This document shows positions 10,926 to 24,922 of a stretch of 64,000 nucleotides of DNA, one piece after another. The translations under genes were made by a program, and so were the position numbers. Below the pieces are notes generated by a model. The model saw nothing but the letters and a program-made list of their open reading frames with translations. It did no database searches and had not been told where the DNA came from. Positions within the stretch are counted from its first letter, which is position 1; every line of letters starts with the position of its first letter. This DNA is from Amoeboaphelidium protococcarum X5 (Eukaryota; Fungi; Aphelidiomycota), in contig JALDTO010000154.1 of assembly GCA_023515725.1 (NCBI GenBank), positions 639,484 through 703,483 on the forward strand, in the 5' to 3' direction.

Positions 10926-13547
10926 ATGAGACGATAAGATTTAGTGTAGTCAAAGTAAAACAAGGCTGTGAAGGGTGTAATCATTAGGACCGAGTATGAG
11001 AATAGTGACAGTGAAGGTGATGACGATGAACAGTGGCGTGATGTTGCTTCTAACGGTCACACCAGCGATTCTGATTAGGATGACAGGTCCGACTTTGTCT
11101 GTCCCGGCACAGTGCGCGTGAAATGGCAAAATATTGAGTAAATGAGAATGGCGGAATTCAAGGCTGTGACTGAGCATAGCTGCAAGAATTCGATTGACAT
11201 TCGAGAGTGTCCTGTATATGATCTGGAGCTTGTGGACCGCACCTTCCTTACCGGCGATGCTGTTATTTAGTAATCATCTGGCAGACGTGGCCTAGTGAGC
11301 AAGGTGTAGAAGAAACTCAGTGTTACTCCGCTCATTAGTCAGTAGTCAAACACGCGTACCATATTCGCTATGGATGAGGTGAGCTGTGATGAAGTGAAGC
11401 CATTCTTCCCTGTGAGTAAGAATGACCTGGTATTGTATAAGAATTAGGTGGCCACTGTGTGTGATATTTGCTACTGTTATACACTCAAAGTCGCCAGTGA
11501 TTAGACTGCTGGTAGTAGAAGTAATCGCGGAGGGAATAAGAATAGAGGTACCAAAAATCGTGGTGGTGGTTTGTTCAAGTTGGAGCTGTGGGATAGATCT
11601 AGCCGTGGTGCCGGCGGACTGATGAGCATGATGCCAATGGAAAATATGGATTTGATGAATTATCAACCGCGCCTGGTCAATGGATTAGGTTTATGTCCAG
11701 AGCCAGAGGATGACTATGAAGATTGGGATATGGCTGATATCGGATATAGATTGTATCCATCGATGTTGGTGTCCATCTTGGTGAATAACAAACGAGTCAC
11801 AGCCACAGTGCTGAATGCCAATATGGTCAAAGTCAAGCTGAGTGTCATTGCATGTCTGCCATACAAGAGCGTGGATGATACTAGACGCAAGCTGGATGGT
11901 GAGAATTCGATCAAGATGGTTACTGACCTGTCGAAGGTGTATCGCTTGAAGTACAACATCCATGAAGAGTATGAGCGTGGCGATGTTGTGCTTTTCAAGT
12001 ATCCACACGTGGAGTAGGAGGTGGCATCTGTTTTAACACGTACGCGCACAATTGTCGACGTCAAGTTTCGTGATGGTTCTTTGGGCTCGGCTCTACCAGC
12101 TACGTCTCTCATCCCAATGTCGAAGATGGATGACGACGATAATTTGTGGATAGGTGATCTTATTCTCTGTCATGGGAATGTTGCGAAATTGATGTCTATC
12201 GATGAGAGTTCTTTTAGTGTCACTGTGAAGACTGGCGATGGAAATATAATCAGTTGCCCATATGATAAAGTGGCGCGTATTTAGTTGACTGATGATCTTA
12301 TCGGTACTCTGGTGGTAAATCGAGATCCAGAGGAAAATGTTAAGCGTCAGATTGGCTTTGTGTTGGATCGCAATGTCAATGGTGATCTTCTGGTTCATTG
12401 GATATCCTCTTCTTCAGCTGATCGTGTCGAGTAGACTGAGAGTTGGTGTGATAGCTACGAATTGAAGTACATTCTGAATATGGTTGAAGGATAAGTGAAC
12501 ATGTGGACTTAATTGCTCGTCACACCTATAATGGCATCGAGGCCATTCATTCTAAATGGGGTTCCATCTATACATGCTCTAGTCTAATGCGCTCCTCCTG
12601 GTCATGTTCTTGAGGCGTTGTGTGTGAAGTATGTTGCAGAGATTAAAAGTGCTGATAGAGTCATACATGGACCGAAGGATCGCTTTCTTCTGCTTGATGC
12701 GCCCTTGCCTGATAATCACTTGTGCCTTGCTGAGCCTATCGCTACATCAAAGTCGTAATTTTTAAAGCGGCTGGCAGAAGAGTATTACTTGATGAAGATG
12801 GACGGCGGTCTTTTTGAGAATGTTTACGTGCAAAGTTACTAATGCAGAGGGGAATTGTACAGAGCCTTGTTCTTGATGGATTCGTAAGAGTGTAGCATAT
12901 TCTTTGGACTGTGCCTGCTGGTTGATGGCTATGTTCCTGAGTATTATCCGGAAGCTTATGTGATCATGAAGTATCATTAGTGGTTCACTAACCTCCTGCT
13001 TATTCAGGATAAGTTTGGAATGCATCCATGTTTATCTCCTGATGGTATGGTGGACTGCTTTAAGCTGGATGATGCGCTTAGTGAGAATGGTTCGTAGGCA
13101 CTGAATCTAGATGTTGTGAATATTGCAAAGTTGCTCAATTCTCTCAGTGCATAGCTGGATGCCACTGAGGATAACTTGAATACCGTGTCGTAGATGCAAA
13201 TATCTGGAAAGACATCCATTTTAGGACAGAGAAAGGAGCCCATCAAGGTGGACTAGATGAAGGATCGTTTGATGTGCGTCAAGTTTCATCACATCAGGTA
13301 TCTTTTGTTTGGATACACTGATTTGGAATTTAAGCAGACTGAGTTTGAATCTGTTGTTGGAAGAGCATGGATCAGCAGTCTAGTTGGTTCTTCCATGGTG
13401 GATCTGGTGGTTGAGTTTTACATTAAGCATAAAGATGCATTGGTTGCTCAGATCAAGGATTGGCTCAGCACTACAACGCTAGATAAAGATTTCAAGACTG
13501 AGCCTAAGCAGTTGCTTCAAGATTTCTAAACTTATAAATTGTAGTGA
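10926..13547 (+). CDS. UBE2O-like large E2/E3 hybrid with a divergent UBC domain
   Basis: N-terminal acidic stretch then VRVKW...LELVDRTFLTGDAV (UBE2O CR1-like), SH3-like repeats, C-terminal UBC-like region FLKRLAEEYYLM...MHPCLSPDGMVDCFKL; 873 aa. Confidence 0.8.
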
Positions 13548-13579
13548 GTAAGTATATCTATGAATAAACATGCTAGCTA

Positions 13580-15682
13580 TCACACGATGAGTTATTCTCT
13601 TTCATCTTGTAGATCTCCATCTTCATCATCATATTCTTCTCCGTCACCACAACCATCGGAGAATCTCTCTTCTTAACCTTCAATATCAACTGCTTTATAG
13701 CTAGGATTATTGGAATCCGCAAGAAAGTCTTCAAGATCTTGATAAATGTCGTTATTCTGCGGCTATTCTGCACGCACTAATACTGGCGATGCTTACCGAC
13801 TATTCGGCGCGGATGGAGGAGTAATCATCAAATTTCGTACAATATCTTGGGACGCACTACGTACAGATGGATCGACAGGAGACAAAGTCCATGGATCCAT
13901 CTTAAGAGAAGCTTTCTTGAACTCGGAGTCACTAAATATTAAACTCTCAAACTTATAGCCCATCACCTCCTACATAACTAGTTCTGGTAATTACTCTATA
14001 AACAAGCATTAGACTGTGCCAAGCTTAGGGAATTTCTATACAGATTGTAGCTATTTAATCAATAAAGGCTTATGGTAACTGCTTTCGTTATTGATCAATT
14101 TAATCAGTCCTTATTGCAGGCTACCATTAAATTTACTATTATCACCATTTTATAGAGCACAAATGGAAATAATGAGCTATTACTTCAATGTCAAATTCCA
14201 TTTCTACCATTAAAAGAGCAGCAGCTCACAGTATAGAGCGCAAACTTACGAATTAACCAAATGCAGAGAGCATACATTGAGAACAGAAGACAATAGAGAA
14301 TCATCCTAGCTCTCAATCGATGCTATAAGGAATCTCTGACATATCTCATCACGGCGTTCTGATGATATCGAGTCAAAGTTTTCAAGTACAATAATGATGG
14401 AACGCTCACGTATAGAGATATTACGCGCTATATCAATGACACTCAGTAATAATTAAAGACAAAACTCCGGACTAATATCGAATATAGCGCGGATTATATC
14501 CAACACTTTCATAGTATGCAAAGGATGCTACAACTTGAGAATGGGCACACAATCTTGGCGCAGTATCTGCTCTATAATATCCTTACTACCACCATGTTTA
14601 ATCACTTTTACGATAATACTCTCTACTCTTGGCTGCATTCTATTCTGCACGTACTCGTACAGCAATGATCGTAACTACTCCAGAGTCAGAGAAATCGACT
14701 GATTCATAACCATATCACATAAAAGTGAAGCAGCAAGAGACTAGTAATTTGAGTTTTAATTCTATAACAAGGAGAGTATGTGTGTTAGTAGTAACTAGTG
14801 CATATCACTACAATTGTAAATTAACTCCATTGATTTAAAACATACAGCTTAATTCTTAGAATGTAAAAGTAGCCATATAGAATCCATCATCAGCTTCATT
14901 TAATATTATACTGTTTACTCCTGCATCAAGTCATCTATAGATTCTATCACAGCTTGAGATTAGCTTTCACCTCTTTAAGTATGAATTTAATCAGAACTTT
15001 ACCTGGTATCGATGGAGCTCTTATATAGTTCCATCGTATTTCTGCAGTAATGTTAGAGAAAGTCCAGAGTAGATATCTAATCCCAAGGTTACATGTCTAT
15101 AATCTAAAGACAGCACCGATAATAATAACCATGAACCAAATCAAATTCGTATGGACACACTTTCATAAAACATCTAAGACCTTACGCGAATACATTCAAA
15201 TTTCTATCCTTTAACAATTAATTAATTATATCCAAGATCTCCTATTTACTGATAGAATCAGACTCACTCTACTGGGAATATAGTGCCAATAAGGACTCAC
15301 CACATTACTATCGAATAGATGCGCGCTAATCCACGATACATTTTTACCTGATGCATAGAACTGCGATTGGACATAGCTCTGGGATGTGTACGGCAAGTTG
15401 AGTTAAAGTTTTAAGTGCATGCAATGTTAACAGAGCATTACCATCAGTGAGGAGATTCTACAGACTATTGATACTGAGTAGAGCAGTCTCGTGGCTAATA
15501 CCACCGATATCCAAAGATCTAACCAGTATACGCATAGTCATAAGCTTATCATTAACAGAACTTACCTTCCTAAAATTATCAAGAATCAACTATGCCACCG
15601 AGTCTTGATGCACTCCAGGCACCCTTGGTCGAAGCATCAACTAGTCCAAAAGATTTATAAATCGTCTATCATCTTATTACAT
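13580..15682 (-). CDS. APL6: AP-3 adaptor complex beta subunit (divergent)
   Basis: ALLSINSLQNLLTDGNALL...IINQLLKDRNLNV...KVCPYEFDLVHGYYYRCCLQIIDMQPWDQISTLDFLQHYCR parallels AP3B ALLSISTFQ...VCPDRIDLIHKNYRKLC...EWGQ; acidic tail; 700 aa. Confidence 0.8.
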
Positions 15683-16020
15683 TTCTCAATTAATTAAACT
15701 AATGGAATATTGCAAAAGTACTGTGAGCAATTCAAAACTATATAATAATTTCTAAAGAGGATATAAAGTAGTCCAGTAATATGATATACACGCGCAAATA
15801 GAACGTTAGAATCCTCTTAATTGCCTTCTTGAACTGTTAGAGAGAAACTAATTGTACTGCATCTACAGAATACTGTAAACGAAACTGTTTCGTTCGTTCT
15901 TTTCATTGCGCGTTCTCTTCTGTTCCTTCACTCGTTCGTTCGTTCGTTGTACATCACCCACCACCTCTAGATAGATTGAACGAACCTCGTAGTGTAGTAA
16001 AAGTCAATAACAACTACATA

Positions 16021-16263
16021 ATGCCAGTCACGATAACTTCGCTACTCTACTCTATAGTTATGCTAACTAATGCGGTGTGTATTCTGAGTGAAGACAGATT
16101 ATTGAGTCGAATTGGATGGTCAGCGACAATGATGGATACTCGCGACTCTGATTCTGTAAAGTACAGATTGCTTACACTAGTGCATGCCATTCGAACACTC
16201 TTAAGGATTCCACTCATCCTCCTCAATATAGTCATGATTTTATATGAACTCATCGCTGGCTGA
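16021..16263 (+). CDS. YOS1: Yos1/IER3IP1 ER-Golgi transport protein
   Basis: NAVCILSEDRLLSRIGW...LVHAIRTLLRIPLILLNIVMILYELIAG. Confidence 0.95.
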   Translation: MPVTITSLLYSIVMLTNAVCILSEDRLLSRIGWSATMMDTRDSDSVKYRLLTLVHAIRTLLRIPLILLNIVMILYELIAG

Positions 16264-16649
16264 TTCCTCTGAATGATTCTCATTGATGAATGTGGTATGT
16301 AAAATAATACAATACTTACAGTAATCATAATATCGTTTCTGTATCGGATGTTGATTGTAAAATTTTGTTTCGGAACTAGTTTATTTCACAGCCATGCGCT
16401 CACCACTAAGACTTCACATGGCTGTGAATTGACTTGCGCAGTGCTGAGGATTCTTTCGCCATGGAAGGTTTCAGAAGGTCAGACGTGTTTCGCTTCTTTC
16501 TCTCTCTCTTTCGTTTCTTCTGCTTGAACAAGTAGCTTCCTACAGTATTACCGTTGCTGTACTGTATACGGTATTGTACTTACTTTTTTATTATCGAGTT
16601 TATAGATTAAATCTTGTAATTAATCGCCTAGTTACCCAGTGATCCATTA

Positions 16650-19280
16650 ATGATTAGTTTGGTGGAGAAAAAGTATAAGGATTTGTGTCAGATTGAGTTG
16701 GGTGTGTAGAGTGTGCACGCAGAGTACGAAGAGTCTGAAGATCATACAATGCAACAGTTATCACATTCAGATAGAAGAATTTAGCATTCCACTGTTGGTC
16801 TCACTCTTGGAGGATCTGGCGTGGTTAATTATGTTAATGTAGTCTACTCTCAGGCGTGCTCGCTGTTTAACGCCAACTTTAGTAGGTGTGAGTACATGGT
16901 GCCTCTGGTTGATATTGATTATGACATTAACCATGTGCATTTCATCTACCGCTAGCCTCCATCTGACTTTAAGAAATTGTCTGAGATTAAAGAACGACTT
17001 GAAGATCAATAGATTTTAACTATTGGACATTAATTGACTGTAACGTTGCAACATTTGCATGAGTACGGGTTGGTTCATGGTAATCTGAATAGTGATTGTA
17101 TTTACTGGAATGGCTAGAATATTCTACTATCCAATTACTGGCTCTGCTCTAGTACAAACTATGGGTAATGGATAAGATTTCCAATTTATTCAGTTGATTT
17201 AATGTCACCAGAGAGGTTATTGAGTGATGGTTATGCTCTCTTTAGTGATGATGTGTGGGCTCTTGGTATGTTGGCCTATAATCTTGCCTCTGGTCAGCCA
17301 TTCTTTGATCAAACTTTCAGTGAAAATAATAAAAATAGTAATGGCTATTAACTCTTGCATATGTTAAGATCTGGGTAATTTCAATCTGAGTATGTGCAAA
17401 GGAAATTGGATAATGTGGAGTGTCACTCTGTTGTGAAAGATTTGATTCTGAAATGTTTAGTGGTGTCAATTGAAGATAGAATTTTACTTGGAGATATTTA
17501 ACAATTATTAATGTCATCTATAAGTATCCAAGCATTAAAGCCTTCAGCTATTAGCCCGATTGACCCTTATACAGTAGACAAATTGTGTATGCATTTGTAT
17601 CGCTTGACATCAAGTGGAAGTGCTACATCTGGTCTGCAGAATTAAAAGAGAATGAACAAGATTTATAGAATGCCTAAGATTATTAAGACTTAATTCAACT
17701 CCTAGTCACCCATCTATAGTAGGCGGTAGTATTATTAGTTTGGTCAAGAAATCGGTTCAAGCACTGATCCTTATCTCTTGTACGATAAGCATACTTTTGA
17801 TTATTGTTTAGATCTGAGTAGAGTTTATAAAAGTTGCGCCGCTACAGATGCTTTACAGCATACGAAGATTTTAAGATCTGATGATGATGATGATATTGAT
17901 ATCGCTGGGAATTCCTAGTAGATACTTATTGGAGATACTGCCGTGAATCTGCCATATATCTGCATTCAGAGCATCGATAAGCCTGAGCTTCCTCTAGCAC
18001 AAAGATAGAAAGACTGCCAATACTAGTTATTTTTAATTTAAAGTTATCATAAATTGCTATAGTTTTTGCCGCATTCAAAGTAACTATTACACCGTTTTTG
18101 TAAATTGCATGATATTCCATTATTTATGGCTGGATAGATTTGGTCAGCATTATTTGACATTCGGTAATCGTGCGCTGAGTAATTTCATCAAGTTGACTCG
18201 ACGTAATAAATGGAAGTAGATAAGTAGCTGGATCTTGATCTCCCCAGATGCCATCCATATCATAAACAAATAGCCTCCTATTATGGTCGTGGTATGCTGC
18301 GGTAGATTATCAAAGCTTATTTGTTGAATAACAATGGCCTCGTTTACTGGCAAGGATTAGATTCTGTTTGTGCCCCATTCGTTGTACTTCATTATTTTGA
18401 TATCGGTGCAGCGTATGCTTGTTTTGATAAGTTTATTCAGAGATATTTATATAGCTTCTTTAGATCTGATAATAGTAAAGTGTTGAAGGAACATCTGCAC
18501 TTAATGAAAGTTTTATTAACATGGCATGATCCATAATTGGCGACTGTGCTGGATAATATTGGATTCACTCTAGATCTCTTTGCCATTCCATGGATTCTCA
18601 CCCTGTTTGCTCACATTCTCCCTCTGTAGAAAACTATTTAGCTGTGGAGTATGATTCTGGCGCATGGTATGGATCATTCATCCGTATCTGTGTTTATTGG
18701 TCTAGCGATGTTGAATAATTCTTCAATACGATAGAATCTACTCACGGCTGATTTTACAGACTGTATGCAGTTTGTCGGCGCGTCTTCAATTGTTGGACTC
18801 GACATGGAGTAAATCTTTAGCACTGCCTCTGAGTTGTAAAAGTAATGCCCTTAAAGTATGTATATTGTTGCTGATTAACGCAATCAGAGCTTGCCATTAT
18901 ATATCTCAGACGGAGAACCAATTGCGTATTTGTCTATTTAAGATGTTATTAAACTTGCCGAAGATGGTGTCTGCGTTATCGATTCTAGAGCTGAATCATT
19001 ATTCAAATAGAGCCATTATCGCGGATCTATTAACATTTCCGACGCTGATTAGTTAGATTAGTCGACACTGAGTTCTGCTACATCTAATAAAGTAGTAGTC
19101 GTTGTGGGGGATAATGCTCAGAAGGTTTAAAGAATAGCTCGACGGCTTGTTCATGATTTTTACGTAATGAAGGTGAGTATTCTCGGTGGCGGTTGGGATG
19201 TTCTGTAGAGTCACTTTGGCCATGAGCTCATTTCTCAATCTACTCTGGACCATCCTCTGCCACCTTCTCGTAGCGATTGA
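16650..19280 (+). CDS. TBCK: TBC-domain-containing kinase (pseudokinase-TBC-rhodanese)
   Basis: Degenerate kinase (LHEYGLVHGNL, MSPE, DDVWALG), TBC motifs DKQLDLDLPRCH and LVYWQGLDSVCAPF, C-terminal rhodanese-like VSILGGGW; 876 aa. Confidence 0.88.
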
Positions 19281-19376
19281 AACTGATCTAACATTTATAA
19301 AAATTAATGGTATGTCTATCTATCTATCTATCTATCTAAAAGCGTCTCATCAGATATTTCAATCACGCTTTAGTTA

Positions 19377-20612
19377 TCAAATTAATTCTTAAAGGGCCTA
19401 CCTTAACCTCTTAAACGTTTCCTATGGAGGGATAGCAGAGAGGAGCCTAGCACAAACCCAACTGCTGTCAGATGATTACTTAACCACGTTAACAATCAAT
19501 CGCGTAACGTGTTTAGGCAGCAACTCATCCAGTTGCACATCCTCTATGGTTTTAAAAAACAAAAATATTCTCATCTCATCCCATTCATACACCAATTCTT
19601 CAACAGAAATGTCCAATTGCACAATTCTATCCAAGTCCTGAAGTGAAGCCAGATTGATTTCATTACTAACACGTACCTTACCATTAATAGAACATGCAGG
19701 CTGTCGGTGACATATTATTTTTAAAGCGTTAGATTATCGCATCAACATATTCGATAAATGCACCAACTCTCTGTCATTAAAGACTTACCATTAAGGCTGA
19801 AGCGTAATGGGCTAAAACATCGGATTATCAACCACATTGACCAAATCGAATGTGGCATGCAGAATGTTCCGCTTCTATGGCTTCATAGTGTGAAGATTTT
19901 CACATTTTAAAAATTCAACGCGTAATACAATTACCGAATGTGCAATTGAGTCGCTGGGAAGCAAGTCCAGAGGACGGCCATTAGATTAGATGGAATTTTT
20001 GGTGAACACCATTTATCTATCTAAATCTTTAGGAATAGCGTCAGAGTACCCGACAGAGTACTCGATATCGTGCTTTCCCCATTGATTACTCATCCGCACT
20101 TAAAATGTCTCTAATATCAGCGACTTTTTTCTCTCATTTCTGAAATCAAATACAAAGTACAGGTAACGGGAAGAGCTATAGGGTCTTTTGTAATTGCTTT
20201 TCCAGAATTCTTGATGGCCACTATGTTCATTTGCCGTATAATGGCTATCATCATCCTTTTCTTTAGGCATTCCATTAGCTTTGAGCTGATACAAGGCCGG
20301 CTGCACGACAGCAGCTCTCATATTCTAATGAGGAATCAAATTGGGACAACCAAAGAACTTTGCCAGTTTACCGATCGGACTGATGGCAGCTTTCATGGGG
20401 CCAGCGATAACATATTTCATGGCCCTTCTTGTACTTTCATCCTTGTCGAGTTCAATGCTGACATCAGCGACACCACTAGCAGCTTCTGTTGATTGATAGA
20501 AGAGCTTTATCGGAATTTCCAATTTCTGATGATCAAGTATTCGTAACGTTGCTGCATGAACCAAATTAGCAATTGATAATGCCAACAAAACCGAGTACAT
20601 CATCTTTTACAT
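19377..20612 (-). CDS. Orphan secreted protein (about 410 aa)
   Basis: Signal peptide MQKMMYSVLLALSIANLVHA; ORF-track fragments 20325-20603 and 20100-20321 join in one frame to TGA at 19377; no recognised domain. Confidence 0.7.
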
Positions 20613-21316
20613 ATCTTTCAAATATTCTATTTAATCTAAGTGGAAGCTCTAATTAATGGTTTGGATTAGAGTTTATAGATATCGGAGACTGAATTTCAAA
20701 ATTTAGGCGTGACAGATACCACGCGGATGATGATCATGACTTTGAATTTCATGAAAGGGGTTATTTGAATGGATGGGAGAGCAGATTGTACAACAATTTC
20801 GTGCAGAGCTTACAGTAAATGCTAGTTGGGTGTTAATGACGCGATATATTATAGGAAAATAATCTAATAATTATCCCTTAAGTGAGATTGAAATTAAATT
20901 TTGTTCGCCTACAAATGACTGCTACCAACACGAGAATACTGAAGTAGAGTATAAGCGCGCCAACTGAATCAAATTTCTTATGGCCTAACAGAGATACGCA
21001 ACATTTACGTACTACTTCCAGCCAATGTTTTAAACAATGTGTATAGCATTGGCTATTCTGTTCCAGGTTTAATGCTTCAACCACAAACAGTATTCTCCAT
21101 TGTAATTGAAGGAAAGACGCGTTGAAACAATTGGCCCCTTGATGCTCTTTACTATTGAACGCTGCTCAAAGTCTCGTTCTCTCTCTTTTCTATTCTCTCC
21201 CTCTCTCCCACTTGTGTCGCTCTGTTTCGCCTCGTGTAGGAAATATTTCATTTCTTTCCGCTATAAAACTTCATCTATCAATCTATTCATTTACATAGAG
21301 TATTTGGACTTTATAT

Positions 21317-24300
21317 ATGGATGAAGCTAGTGTCAAGGTGGCAGTCAGAGTCAGGCCTCTTTCCGGTAAAGAATAGGCTGCTAAATGTAATGATTGTGTC
21401 ACTGTGATGGGCAGCAGTCCACCTCAAATAATTCTAGATTCTACGCGAGCTTATTCATACGATTACTGCTTCTCTACCACTAGTACTCAGCCGTAGATAT
21501 ACGATAATGCGGTGGTTCCACTTCTGAGTAAATTTTATGAAGGATACAATGCTACTATTCTTGCGTACGGCCAGACTTCTAGTGGTAAAACTTATACGAT
21601 GGGTACTGGATTGGAGACTTTAATACTGTAATCTTAATCATTAGACCTCAATGGTTTGAATGGCGATGATGGTTTGGACTCTGTTGGAGTAGTGCCGCGT
21701 GCGATTCGGTCAGTATTTGAGTATATTAGTGATAGATAGTCTAAAGACACGTCATACAGCTTTAAAATGTCAGTCTGCTTCCTAGAGCTTTATAATGAGG
21801 AATTGATTGATTTGTTGTCGCCGTAGACTAGACTGCTTTCTGCTAATGGTGGCGGTAATTCGAAGAAAGTCGGATCTTTGTTGAATATTCGTGAAGATGG
21901 CCAAGGTGGAATTTATTGGGCTGGTGTGAAAGAAGAGTTTGTGACATCTGCTGATCAAGTATTCCAGTGTCTCCATAAAGGATCCGTGTGCAGGACTACC
22001 GGAAGCACTGATATGAATCTAACTTCATCCAGATCTCACGCCATTTTCTCCATCACTCTTTAGCAGGAGTTTATTCCTAAATCTTAGTCTGGGCATAATG
22101 TACAGTAATCGGATGATCAGAGTAATCTACTTCAAGATTAATAGTAAAAGACTAGACTCAGTAGTAAATTCCATTTTGTCGATTTGGCTGGTAGCGAGCG
22201 GATGAAGAAGACTAAGGCTACGGGAGATAGAGCCAAGGAAGGAATTGCTATTAACAGCGGTCTTCTGGCTATGGGTAAAGTTATACATGCCCTGAACGAT
22301 AGATCAAGTCATGTTCCATACAGAGACAGTAAATTGACGCGATTGCTGCAGGATTCTTTAGGCGGAAATAGTCAGACGTTAATGATTGCTTGTATTAGTC
22401 CGGCAGATTCTAATTTTGGAGAGACGTTGAACACTTTAAATTATGCCAGTCGTGCTCGAAACATCAAGAATAGAGTCATGGTGAATTAGGATTATCAAGC
22501 AATGGAGGTGCATTAGTTGAGGGCTGAAGTTGCGCGACTCAAGATTGAGCTCATGTCCTTGAAAGGCTCATAGCGCCTACCTAGCTCATCTGATCTGGTT
22601 ACTTAGTCTCAGAATGTCAGCGACATTCAGACCATCAATGACCGTCAACTCGGTATTATACAAAGTCGACTGAATAATGCTCAAGATATTCTGTCAGCCA
22701 TATAGAAGTAATTGTAATCTTTAGAGGATGAAACTCTGTCGAGCTAGTTGATTAAATTGCAAGCTGAAATGAATGCTTTACAGTCGCTCTTGTAATTTGG
22801 TGGTCAGTAGAAGTCGTCACTCTCCTCATATCCTTCTTCTAAATCTCTGCCAAATGCCAAAGTTCTCGAGACTATCGACAAGGTAAAAGAGGAGATTAAG
22901 CGGGAGTAGTAGCTTGTACAGTAGAATAAGAAGTAGATCGGATCAATGTCACCAAAGGCAAGTTAAAGTGATATCGGAGTTTCTGAAATGGATTCAGATG
23001 CAGAGAATAGCCATCTTGATGCTTTTGAATCTACGGAGAATGAGGACAAGATGCTGAGGATGCTCGATTAAATTGAGACTGATATTTCGATCAAGGAAGA
23101 GTTGGTTCATTAATTGGAATCTACCTAGTAGGAGTATGATCATATGCGTGAGGGTTATGAGAAGAAAATTGCTATGCTGCAAGATAGTATGGTGTCGGTG
23201 GAGCGGGAGAGGGATGAGGCTTTAAAGAAGGCTGACTCCTCAGGCGACAAGGCTTAGTATGGTATCATCCGTTAGAGATACGAGGAGAAAGTTAGAAAGC
23301 TTCAAGTGGAGATTGGTGATTATCGGAAAAGATATCAAGATACGCAGCGGGAGTTGTTACGTAAACGCGAGTAGAATGAGAGTGTGATTAGAAATCTAAA
23401 GACTAGTCTTTAGTCTATGAAATAAGACAAGGTCAGGATGATTAAGAAGTTGAGAGAAAAGGAGTCCAAGATTAAAGAGCAAGAGCAGTTGAAAGATCGA
23501 GAGATTCAGATTCTGAAGAGGAAGGAGAGGCAGTTGACTGAGTAGACAAAGAAGCTTGAAAGCAGTAATCAGAGTTAGAAGGCTCTATTGAAGAAGCGCA
23601 CAGAAGAATCGATTCAATTGCAAGGCAAGTTGCGACAATTCCTGAATAAAGCTAAAACAACTCATAGTCCGTTAAGTAAACGGTTCTGGTCTCCTAAGCG
23701 ATCGAAAACTATGGTGCGTTCGAAGCGCGAGTCTTCTGATGTATCCATCACCTCAAGTACCACTGCCGCCGTTGACAATACGAAAAAGAGCTGGAAGTCT
23801 CTGCTGGGAATAGCCAATGATGAGAACTCACTGGACAGTATCAATGAATAGGAGGTTAGTACCAACGTTGCGCAAAAGAAGGATTTATTCGATAAGGAGG
23901 TGGAACAGTATTTGAATAGCAGAATGGTGAATGAAGTTGTGGAAGATTTGCTTAGTAAGCGCGAGAGTTTGGTTAAAGAAAGAAATGATTTGGAGGCTGA
24001 GTATGGCCAGCTTAATCTGCAAATACTCAGTTTAGCTGTAGATGATCCGAATGCTGAATTTGTAACGTAATAGCTCGGTGAAACTTAGAATAGAATTGAC
24101 ATTGTCGATGCTGAAATCAACTACTTCTCCAATCGAATTAAGAGTGCATAAATGGAAATTGCACAAGGCTCAGATATGGACGGAGACGTCTCTGCTGATA
24201 TTGTGTAGAGTTATGAGAATGCAGTGAATGTCGTGCATAGCGTCAATCCTATGGAGAGTGTACGGTTTTTGGAACTATTGCTGGATGATGTGATCAATAT

Positions 24301-24922
24301 GAAGTTGGAGAATCGCAATCGCTCATTGTAGATTTAATAATTTGAGAAGGAGAATGATCATCTCAAACGCACAGTGAATGCTCTCAAGACTACTGCTCTG
24401 GAGACTACTCTCAAGTCTGAAGTTATGCTAGCTCATAGTAGATAGGCCTCCTGTAACAATAGAAATACTCTAGAGGAGTTCCAGGCCGACTTTGACGCGA
24501 TTGAATTTGCTCTAGGAAAGACGCCTGCTCGAGTCCGCAAGCCGACTGCATCAGCTGCTGCTAACTTACGACGCCGCTCCTGGTCATCTGACAGTCCATT
24601 CACTAACGGAAATGATGATGATGGTGATGGTACTGAGTAATTATAACCTTCTATAGTTGATTAATAGAAAGCTGCTGTAGACCCAGGTGCCGATGAAACG
24701 CATAATCAAAGTGCATACTTTGACAGTTACAAGGACGTATTTGAGCGACTTCATCGGGAGCAGACTATTGCATCATAAGCCAAAGTTAAAGAACTCCAAC
24801 AGTAGATGATGCTCCATAACGGTGATAACCACAATGTTAACACTAATAACTTCGGTTTGCATAAGAAGGAGGAAGGCGATGATGGGAGTTAAATTGGAGC
24901 CGTAACTTTGATTGATAAATGA
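21317..24922 (+). CDS. Kinesin-4 family motor (KIF4/KIF21/KIF27-like)
   Basis: [75 protein letters not shown], long coiled coil. Confidence 0.93.

Noticed and set aside
16461-16649. In-frame upstream ATG extending TBCK by 63 aa
   Set aside because: Crosses the CT-rich promoter tract; long open frames arise by chance with a single stop codon
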